Shown: positions 11,646 to 21,556 of the stretch, piece by piece
Layout of the letters: each line of letters begins with the position of its first letter
Position numbering within the stretch: the first letter of the stretch is position 1
Assembly: GCF_006345805.1 (NCBI RefSeq)
Contig: NW_021833173.1
Location: 1-28,845 of the forward strand
Reading direction: 5' to 3'
From: Octopus sinensis
Taxonomy: Eukaryota
Length of the DNA stretch: 28,845 nt
Notes under the pieces: model-generated
Seen by the model: only the letters and a program-made list of their open reading frames with translations
The model's database searches: none
What the model was told of the DNA's origin: nothing
Position numbers and translations under genes: made by a program

Positions 11646-12325
11646 TTGGTAGGAATTCATCCAATGTTTTTTTTCTTTTAATGTTTCACTCATCGTCTAT
11701 TATTTTGTTAGCTTTAAGACTTCTTTTCCTCTTATAAGACTTCCTGTTTCACTTTCTAACACACACACAATTACATTCGTGTTTCGGCCATTCATAGATC
11801 TTTTCCCCCTATCTTTTCCTTCTTTTCTCATTTTCTCCGATAAACAAACAATCTGACGAGCATGACATTCTTAGACCATTTTTAATTCAGCGTGAAACTA
11901 ATATATTAATATTTCGTTTCCGCATATATATATATAGAGAGAGAGAGAGGGAGGGAGTATGCAGATAAACATCATAAGATAAATATCATAAGAATGACCT
12001 GTCTCTTTCGTCAGTTCATGGCGTCTACCTTTCCGGTCTCTATTGCTGAAGGGGAGATAACCATTCTGAAATGCATGCATACAGCAGTCTAGTTCGGTGG
12101 CACTGCGAGCTGACCCTGTGCGTTTGCACCTATTTGTCTACAGCGAGAAAATTTCTGTATGACGAAATACAGTCAATGACTTTCTTACGGGGTCGAATAT
12201 GCCTCAAGCATATTTGAACTGGTAACATGTTTGTACGAATGAATCGTATATCTGAATGTGAATTACATATTGTCAACGATGCCAATTTGGTGTAAGTCAA
12301 AATAACGGTATTAGCTAATCTAATA

Positions 12326-12417
12326 CATTATTAAGAAAACATAAATCTGAAAGAATGTTCTTGATATTCGCTGACTTTACTAAAGCCTTCTCTCAAATTT
12401 ATGTTTTCTTAATAATG
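12326..12417. mobile_element. 92-bp MITE-like element with perfect TIRs and TA target duplication (Tc1/mariner-type)
   Basis: TA|CATTATTAAGAAAACATAAAT..50 nt..ATTTATGTTTTCTTAATAATG|TA; the 24-bp arms 12323-12346 and 12397-12420 are exact reverse complements. Confidence 0.65.
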
Positions 12418-13438
12418 TATGGAAAAGTGAATACATTGGAATGTAAATTAAAAGAAAATAGAGGTAAAATAAAATAGAAGTTTGTTTTGCCTGGAATAAA
12501 TTGTTGGAGAATAAGTTGTATTAATATTAACTTCGCTAGAAATACATCATAAAGCTTAATACATTGGCGGTTGAAAATGAACTTGTAAACAGCAAGTTCA
12601 ATAATTAGAAAAATTAATAAGTAATATAACGTTAATTGAACCTAATTAAATACATTTTTTAAAGCTGGAATCATACTAGACACTAAGCTCTAGATTTATT
12701 AATTACTACTGCGCAATTTCTATTATGGGTCATAAATAAATTGCAAAGCAAGAACTTTAATTAAGGGAGTCATTGCTATTTGTGAAAAGGTTAATGAAAA
12801 AAATGTAAATTCAATAGACAAGAGTTCCGGCGTGAGTTCTGTAACTTCCAATCTTTCCAGAAATAAAATAATTTTCAAATATTTTAATGATCTAAAAATC
12901 CTATGTCTTTACGAAGAGAGAAATTTTAAGTATGGATTAAATAATTAGAGATCTGGGAATAGAATTTCGTAATATGCAGGGTTTCACAACAGGCCATCGT
13001 CTTTTTTTTTTATATTGTAAATATATGACAGAGTGTGAAAAAGTATTTTCCATTTCATTTAAAGATATATTGTTGACTTTAAATACAAACTATTGTTCAA
13101 GAGCAATGTGTAAGCTTTTCTGTTCTTGATTCTAAAGGTATGCTTATGTTGATAAAATGGAATTTTGAACGTTAATCCTATACATGATATGGTGGTCGAG
13201 CTACCGTTGACCGCGGTGCAATTTACTTCAAATGCACAATTGTTTCTATATATTTAGGCTGGAATGTGAGTTTTTTTTTATTGAGGAGAAGCTGTATGTA
13301 TTTGTGATTCAGAGGGAGATATTGAGGAAGAGTTTGAAAACAACTGGTTAAATCACACTAAATGTTTCTTCTAGGTTTAAAACGTATTAACTTAATATAC
13401 AGATTTTTAATTTTTCTGTATTCTATTTTAGTGTAGCT

Positions 13439-13480
13439 CAGTGGTTCTCAACCAGAGTTATATGACACCTGGGGTTAATC
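13439..13480 (+). mobile_element. Solo terminus of the 6446-7019 MITE family
   Basis: CAGTGGTTCTCAACCAGAGTTATATGACACCTGGGG is similar to the reverse complement of 6976-7019. Confidence 0.6.
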
Positions 13481-13534
13481 TTGTTAAAATTCATCTGCAA
13501 TTATACTGGTTATACTTCTAGAATACACAAAATA

Positions 13535-13615
13535 GTGGAGGCGCAATAGTCCAGTAGTTAGGGCAGTGGACTCGCGGTCATAGGATCAAGGTTTCGATTC
13601 CCAGATCGGGTGTTG
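13535..13615 (+). mobile_element. tRNA-like head only of SINE family C
   Basis: GTGGAGGCGCAATAGTCCAGTAGTTAGGGCAGTGGACTCGCGGTCATAGGATC..TTCGATTCCCAGA matches the 5' end of the 16828-17212 copy. Confidence 0.85.
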
Positions 13616-13824
13616 AACTCATAAAGCAAAATATGCCGAATATGCTCCTTTGTCACTTCCATTATAGCTTTGAAAAATAACTGTGCAAATCGAACTGCAC
13701 TCTTCAAAACTTGCACTAAGAATAAGGCAAGGTAAAATTACTACCTACTTTTTATAGTAAGTTGATGCAGGGAGTTCATCCCGTGCCCCTCCGGCTTTTA
13801 GTTCATGCAATTGAGAAAACCGCT

Positions 13825-13924
13825 ATGTATACATATATATACATACATATATGTTATATATATCTATACATATATATACTTATTTATTTATTTATATATG
13901 CATTTATGCATGCATGTATACACA

Positions 13925-13971
<47 letters not shown>

Positions 13972-14330
13972 GTATGTATAAATACACACACAAACACTCG
14001 CACACACACATACACACACATACAAACACACACACAGAAGGCGCAAGCGTTTCTGTGTACCTCTTCTGAAGATAAATAGACATATCTGAACATACATAGA
14101 ATCCCAATGTGCACTATGCTAGGGTAGCACAACGTTTACCCCGTTTGTCACCTGGCACGTGACGTAGTGACAATGAAGGATGTTGAGGGGTGGCGAAGTG
14201 GGGACTCGTTTCAGACAAACATCTTTCTACCCACCCTTCCTTAACGTCCACAGCTCCTTTCCCCACTAACATTCTCCTTTACCGTGTCCATCCTGATTTA
14301 GCTCCCACTCACGCTCACCCCTCATCCTTC

Positions 14331-14394
<64 letters not shown>

Positions 14395-14593
14395 AATAAC
14401 TAACAAAGATAAAATGTCGGTGTTGAAATGCGACAGTTGATGAATGAGTGCGGAGAGTTGAGTTAGAGTACAGTGGCCTCATGTTTCATACCTGCCCTAT
14501 CAACAGGAACTCCCACACACACACGTACACACACACACATACACGTATACACACACTATGCAGACGTACATACAAACACACACATACATATGG

Positions 14594-14625
<32 letters not shown>

Positions 14626-14722
14626 ATGTGAGCGCGTGTTACTGTAAGACGAACACATATACATAAACATTCACATATATGCATATATATATATATATAT
14701 GCGTGTATCTGTGTGTGTGTGT

Positions 14723-14773
<51 letters not shown>

Positions 14774-14775
14774 CC
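13825..14775. repeat. Cluster of (TA)n, (CA)n, (CT)n and (TG)n microsatellites with short unique spacers
   Basis: Runs at ~13825-14035, ~14330-14390 and ~14510-14775. Confidence 0.85.
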
Positions 14776-15039
14776 AGGTACCCCAACATTCATATATCAT
14801 TTACGCAAATAGCTTACCCTGTCTTTACCCTCTAATTTCACTTTATTTCTCTTTAAGTTTTCCCCTTTTCCGTCTCAATACACACACACATACACACACA
14901 CACTCACACACAATCACGCATATACAAACATGTTCTCGCTAGCTCTCTCAGTGTCCCCATCTTCCAGTCCGACTATCTCGTTCTCTCTCTCCACCCGCCT
15001 CCCTCTCTTCCTCTCTCTTCCTTAATAGATACATATATA

Positions 15040-15077
15040 CTAGCAGAAAGAACGCCCTCCGGGCGGTTTTCTGCTAG
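15040..15077. mobile_element. Helitron-type 3' terminus (hairpin + CTAG) readable on both strands
   Basis: CTAGCAGAAA-GAACGCCC-TCC-GGGCGGT-TTTCTGCTAG; the minus strand ends CTAG|T; shares CTGCTAG with the Helitron end at 23820-23826. Confidence 0.5.
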
Positions 15078-15121
15078 CCCCTTGATAATATTTTCACATT
15101 TGATTCCCAATTCAAATAATT

Positions 15122-15233
15122 TTTATAGTTTATGCCTAATTATTTCTTTGTATAATACTCACTTTAATACTCACTTTGTATAATACTCACTTTATAGTTT
15201 ATGCCTACTTATTTCTTTGTATAATACTCACTT
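15122..15233. repeat. Nested tandem duplication (~43-bp unit twice, four TAATACTCACTT subunits)
   Basis: TTTATAGTTTATGCCTA(A/C)TTATTTCTTTGTATAATACTCACTT occurs twice with partial subunits between. Confidence 0.85.
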
Positions 15234-16827
15234 GCTTAGTAAGTATTGCTTTCTTTATTTTATGAGTCATAGTCTATCTTCTTTAAACAAACATCACAGT
15301 AGCCCAACAACAGAGGGAGAAGCAATTTGTCAAGTTTTACCTTCCCCTCACAGCAACGTTTCAATTCAGCAGCCCCTCCTGTAGGCTTTGCAATGTGCCT
15401 GTGAGAGAGAGTGTGGGGAGAGAGAACATTGCAAGCAATGAATGAAAAAAACTTGAAATGGAAAAATCGTATAAATAAAAGAGCATTACTACAGATGTAT
15501 ATGCCTCCGACATTGGTGCCTCATGACATCCAGAAAAATGGATACTTTTTTAACAGAGTATATAGGGATTTATGAGGAAGAATTTCTCCGAGGTGGTGGA
15601 GAGAGGAATTTTGGAAAATTCACACGATCTGACTTTTTCCTCTCATAACTTTCAGGAAGATGGGTATCTTTTAGAGATAATTTATTCAAATCCCTTTCAA
15701 ACGGTATAGATTACGATTTTAAAGAATTTTGTGGAGAAAATATTTTCAGGGATTTTCCGCTTTTTTTTAAAACCACAGCCTTTGAAATGTTGGGGTGGGA
15801 TGGGGGCATCTTTGTATGAAAAAAGTTTTTTTTTTTTTTGCACTTCAAAACTATGGGAAGAGCAGTTTCGGTAATTTTTAAAAAATTGTTTATATTTTCA
15901 GAGGGAAAAGTGATTTATCTAAGGGCAGTTTGGCTGTTGTTTCTAGCATATGCAAAGACAACCCTCCTCGTTTCTTTATCACTCGCGCATGTATTGATGT
16001 TTTTCAATATTCTTTCCCCCATAAATACATTTATATGCTATAAAAAAGAAAATTTGAGAAATTAGGAATATTTGCAACCCCACTCCCTGACCCTGATTGT
16101 TTGTTTAGAAATTAAAATATTGGAGAGCCTCAAAACGTCATTGCTAGCATTTATCCACAGTGATTTAAAAAAATTTACAGAGATGTACTTGCATAGCAAG
16201 TGACTTGATCTGAGATCGTGTGCTAAAACAAAAACAATTGCAGCGTAGATGTTTCTAAGCCATTCAAGAACACACAGAAGCCGTTAGTTTCACTTAAATA
16301 CACGTCCACACAGCGTACATTTAAAATGTTTTGTACGTAACGCCTGTGTTTAAGTAGTAACTCTGTATTTGAGAAGTACCGCTAAGAGACATTTGTATTT
16401 AAGTAGTTCTAGTTTCACTTCAACATTAAAATTTCATTTGTGTCAAAATATTTTCTTCGCTTTGAAACCGTAACCTCTCCACTCACAAAACTTCGCAAAA
16501 ATAATGCAACACGAAGTTTTGTCAGTGAACACCAAACGCGCACGCACACATTCACTGCTTTTCATTTGTGTGTATGTGTATCTATGTGTGTCACTGTTGA
16601 AGTCGCTCGTGTAACCTGTTTGTGTATATATTGGCTTACTGGTACAGAGTGTTTGGAAACTGTGAATAAGGTGCAAGCTTCGAGTACTTATCGGTAACTA
16701 CTTTTTTCTCCTCGTCTTCTAATAGTAATTACCCAACTTTCTGGGCTCTTATCACAGCTATCCCGCGTTCAAAAATTATACGGGTATTTTAAAAATTTTC
16801 ATTCAATAAATAATAAATTACGTATAT

Positions 16828-17212
16828 GGAAGCACTCCGTCGGTTACGACGACGAGGGGTCCGGTTGATCCGAATCAACGGAACAACCTGCTCGTGAAAT
16901 TAACGTGTAAGTGGCTGAGCACTCCACAGACACGTGTACCCTTAACGTAGTTCTCGGGGATATTCAGCGTAACACAGCGAGTGACAAGGCCGGCCCTTTG
17001 AAATACAGGTACAACAGAAACAGGAAGTAAGAGTGAGAGAAAGTTGTGGTGAAAGAGTACAGCAGGGATCACCACCATCCCCTGCCGGAGCCTCGTGGAG
17101 CTTTAGTTGTTTTCGCTCAATAAACACTCACGACGCCCGGTCTGGGAATCAAAACCGCGATCCTATGACCGCGAGTCCGCTGCCCTAAACCACTGGGCCA
17201 TTGCGCCTCCAC
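16828..17212 (-). mobile_element. Full-length 385-bp tRNA-derived SINE family C with perfect 13-bp TSD
   Basis: AAATTACGTATAT at 16815-16827 and 17213-17225; minus strand starts GTGGAGGCGCAATGGCCCAGTGG (A box) with B-box-like TTGATTCCC. Confidence 0.93.
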
Positions 17213-17711
17213 AAATTACGTATATATATTAATAGAATAAACTGTCAGTTTTCCAAATAGCGAATGAAAACTTCTAAGAGAAAGTGAGAGACTTTGCAAA
17301 TGAGAACGGAATACTCCACAGTGAATGCAATGAATATTTAAATTTGTGAATTGGACTCAGTGAATACATTGAATATATAAATTTGCAAGAAATTGGAGTT
17401 TAAAAAATTCAAGAAACTTGAGAAATCGAAATTTCTTAGAACATGAATTTATAAAAATACTTCCAGGCAGTAAAATCTTCAATAATTGCTGTTTTTTAGT
17501 ACTTATTGTAATTGTTACTTACTTAATTAATAAGCAGCTTACTCCATTATAGAATATATATATATATATATATTGACCGCTAGCCACTAAAGCTTTTTTA
17601 ATTCACTCTGTTTATTTCCTCTGTCTGAAACGAGTAAAAGAGAATAAGAGTAAAAGAGTAATATATATATGCATATATGCACACATACATGTACATGTAT
17701 ATATATATGCA

Positions 17712-17910
17712 TATATGGGTACAGGAAGTAATAAAAAAAAACGTGGACAAAATGAGAAACGAAAACCCCAAAAAAAAACAAAAGCATGGGAAACGAACTT
17801 TTTTTCGAACATCGAAAGAAACAAATATAGAAACTAGACAGACAACATAAAGAACATTCCCTTCATAAGTTATCCCCTGTTTTATCTACTCCACGTTTCG
17901 AAGGTAGGGA
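17712..17910 (-). repeat. Unclassified interspersed repeat, copy 1 (family D)
   Basis: Reverse complement shares GAAA..GGAGTAGATA..GA(T/C)AACT(T/G)AT(G/A)AAGG..TTCTTT and the GTCCTGTACC-like end with 27090-27266. Confidence 0.6.
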
Positions 17911-17943
17911 CTACACACGCACACACACACACACACACACATG

Positions 17944-18027
<84 letters not shown>

Positions 18028-18052
18028 CATATTATAATATATATATATATAT

Positions 18053-18093
<41 letters not shown>

Positions 18094-18104
18094 CTATGTA
18101 TATA

Positions 18105-18161
<57 letters not shown>

Positions 18162-18200
18162 GCGCACGCGAACACACGCAAACACTCACTCACGCACACT
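17911..18200. repeat. (CA)n and long (TA)n microsatellites
   Basis: Direct reading. Confidence 0.95.
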
Positions 18201-18726
18201 CGAGCGACGAGCATGCACGCACACTGAAAAGGATATAATATATACTCATATTAGTTTTAGGATGGTTTAAAATAGATAATTATCTTGCATGTGTATATAT
18301 ATATGTATCTGCAAATATGTATGCATGTATGTGTGCATGTGTGTGTATGTGTATGTGTGTGTGTGTGTTTTGTTTGTTTTTAATTTTTTGTCGTTTTGTC
18401 ATCAACTCTTCCAATGGCGAAGAGGTTGATTTCAAACAAAGAAACGACGCTCCGTCATCGGAATTTAAATAACAACGAAATAGCTAGAAGTTTAGAGTTA
18501 CATCTTGAATTCCAGAAAATTCTTGCATATTTTCACTGTTCCCTTAACATATTGAATTTACCGAATACGTGTCAGATGGTCCCTTTCTTTGCTAGAAGAC
18601 CCCCAAGCATTTCCAGACGACTACAAAAGGAACTTGGTAATGTAACACAATGAGCCTTTGATTATAGATAGACATTTGATATTTATAATCGGAATAGAGA
18701 AGTCACAGATCTTGAACCAGTCGTTT

Positions 18727-18935
18727 TCATATTTTACTTGCTTCAGTCATTGGACTGCGACCATGCTGTAGCACCGTCCAGATGAGATTTGTTGAAGAAA
18801 TCGTCTCCAGTAGTTACGTTTTCTTTTTAAAGTTTGGTACTTACCGTACCGATCGGTACTTGTGCTATCTCTCTTTTGCCGAATCGGGGATATGAAGCAA
18901 ACCACCAGCACTGGTCGTGAAGTAGTGGTGAGGGA
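18727..18935 (-). mobile_element. Decayed 3' half of SINE family A
   Basis: TTTTACTTGCTTCAGTCATTGGACTGCGACCATGCTG..CTCTTTTGCCGAA..CACCAGCA. Confidence 0.75.
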
Positions 18936-19075
18936 CAAACACAACACATACTATATGCACGCACGCGCGCGCGCACACACGCGCGCGCGCACACACACGC
19001 ATATATATACATACGCATATACATGTATAGATAAACATGTATGTTTGTGTGTATATATATATATATATATATATA

Positions 19076-19434
19076 GGCGCAGGAGTGGCTGTGTTGTAAG
19101 TAGCTTGCTTACCAACCACATGGTTCCGGGTTCAGTCCCACTGCGTGGCACCTTAGGCAAGTGTCTTCTATTATAGCCTCGAGCCGACCAAAGCCTTGTG
19201 AGTGGATTTGGTAGGCGGAAACTGAAAGAAGTCCGTCGTATATATGTTTATGTGTGTGTGTTCGTGTATCTGTGTTTGTTCACCCAACATCGCTTGACAA
19301 TCTATGCAAAAGAGACGGATAAAATAAGTGCTAGGCTTACAAAGAATAAGTCCTGGGGTTAATTTGCCCGACTAAAGGTGGTGCTCCAGCATGGCTGCAG
19401 TCAAATGACTGAAACAAATAAAAGAGTAAAAGAG
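19076..19434 (+). mobile_element. SINE family A, full length
   Basis: GGCGCAGGAGTGGCTGTG head, CORE-like ACCTTAGGCAAGTG, AAAGAGTAAAAGAG tail; sits in (TA)n on both sides. Confidence 0.92.
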
Positions 19435-19622
<188 letters not shown>

Positions 19623-19780
19623 TATGGGAGGTATTGGTAGTCAGAAGCCCCATGGTGGCCAGGTAATGCTTCCTACATTCATTCTCTTATTTCTTTATAT
19701 ACTCCTAATTTGCTTCCTCTTCCAGCATTATTCCCTATATGGAACTCTAATATTTCTCTCTATTTAACCATCTCACATCG

Positions 19781-19826
19781 TCTCTGATGAAGGGATATTC
19801 TTAATATCCCAGAAACAGCTGTAAGA
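19781..19826 (+). ncRNA. Minimal type I hammerhead ribozyme motif (Penelope-like element / retrozyme type)
   Basis: Stem I TCT(19781-83)/AGA(19824-26); CTGATGA 19784-90; stem II GGGATATT-ctt-AATATCCC with an A on each side; GAAA 19812-15; 1-bp stem III C-G with palindromic AGCT loop; GUA triplet, predicted cut after 19823. Confidence 0.75.
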
Positions 19827-19910
19827 ATAACATTCTCTTTATAAATGTGCTGAAAATTCCACACATCATTGGCTTTGTTGTCTCATATATATTATATATA
19901 TATATATATT

Positions 19911-19959
<49 letters not shown>

Positions 19960-20109
19960 TAGGTTATTAGAGGTAATGGTGTCAATAAGACCGAAAGGTG
20001 TCATGTAATACTGAGTAAGTACTATGGACAGACCATAGTTAAGCTTCAGGTTCGGTGATTATGCGAATAAGGAGTCCAACGTAGGTCACATGACAGCATG
20101 TTTATATAT

Positions 20110-20514
20110 ACTCTTTTACTTGTTTCAGTCATGTGACTGTGACCATGCTGGAGCAACTCCTTTAGTCGATCAAATCGACCACATGACTTATTCTTTGTAA
20201 GCCTAGTACCTTATTCTATCGGCCTCTTTTGCCGATCCGCTAAGTTACGGGGACGTAAACACACCAGCATCGGTTGTCAAGTGATGTTGAGGGGGACAAA
20301 CACACACACACACAAATATATACACACACACACATATATATATATATATACACATATATACGACGGGCTACTTTCAGTTTCTGTCTACTAAATCCATTCA
20401 AGGATTTGGTCGGCCCGAGGTTATAGTAGAAGACACTTGCCCGAGGTACCACGCAGTGGGACTGAACCCGGAACTATGTGGTTCGTAAGCAAGCTACTTA
20501 TTACACAGCCACTC
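20110..20514 (-). mobile_element. SINE family A, near full length
   Basis: CTCTTTTACTTGTTTCAGTC tail through ACACAGCCACTC head reverse complement; internal (CA)/(TA) run. Confidence 0.92.
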
Positions 20515-20520
20515 ATTTTT

Positions 20521-20943
20521 TCCAGAATAAGATTACAAAACCCAAGGCTGTGAAGATTTTTTATTTGACCTTACAAATACATTCCCTACTTTTAGGTCAC
20601 TTTAAATAAAACCCTCGATTCAATAGCACTGTGTACAAACTCTATCAAATGACCAATTTTAAATACTATTGGTTTTTACTCACAAGGTATTGGAATCTTA
20701 TATGTATTCCATTCTACCTAAATAATGGATCTACAAATGCAATATCCCTGCATATCTCACATCTATTTTCATTCCTCCACTTCACTCTCTATTTCGTATC
20801 TTATCTAAATTACCTATTGCTTAACACTTTTCTCACACCGTCTCCGATGAAGGGATAGAATAAATATCCTGGAAACAGCTGTAATACCTATTTATAAATG
20901 TTCTAAAATCTTCGCAGCCTTGGTTTTTTTATCTAATTCTGAA
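20521..20943 (+). mobile_element. 423-bp element with ~40-bp terminal inverted repeats and an internal hammerhead (probable Penelope-like derivative)
   Basis: 20521-20560 versus reverse complement of 20905-20943: 34/40 identical; the right part is homologous to ~19760-19885. Confidence 0.6.
20840..20887 (+). ncRNA. Mutated second copy of the minimal hammerhead
   Basis: GTCT-CCGATGA (U4>C)-A-GGGATA-gaataaa-TATCCT-G-GAAA-C-AGCT-G-TA-ATAC. Confidence 0.6.
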
Positions 20944-20984
20944 TATATATATGTGTGAGTGTGTGTGTGCGCGTGTGTGTGTGT

Positions 20985-21038
20985 ATATATATATAAAAGG
21001 CAGGATGTGTGTGTGTGTATGTATATATAAAAGGCAGG

Positions 21039-21076
<38 letters not shown>

Positions 21077-21234
21077 TGTATGTGAATGTAGTTTATGCAC
21101 GCATGTCACTCCAATTTTAAGAGGACATTCGTCACGACTCTAGGTGTATTTTCGTCAAATTATTTTTCCCGGGGTATCCGCGGGTAGCGGTAAAAATCGA
21201 TTTTCAACATAGCGAAGTGAAAATGTGTGTGTGT

Positions 21235-21272
<38 letters not shown>

Positions 21273-21519
21273 AGTTGTGTTGATGTATGTGTGCGTGAGG
21301 GAGAGAGACGTTGTGTGTTGATGTATGTGTGTGTGTGTATGTGTAAGTGACAGCGTTAACCAAAAATAAAAATGTAAAATGATTTTTTCTTAAACACGAG
21401 ATATAGTATTTAAGACACCATATTTTATAATCAGATTATATATACTTTCTCACACAACAATCAAAATATCTTTATTTTAAATCATTTATTTATTTTAAAT
21501 CGTTCATATTTCTCTCCCG

Positions 21520-21556
<37 letters not shown>

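Noticed and set aside
13535-13615. tRNA gene
   Set aside because: No closing acceptor stem; matches the head of the SINE at 16828-17212
18396-18653. 85-aa ORF with a vaguely HTH-like NNNEIARSLELH stretch
   Set aside because: No transposase motifs or TIRs; too weak to support
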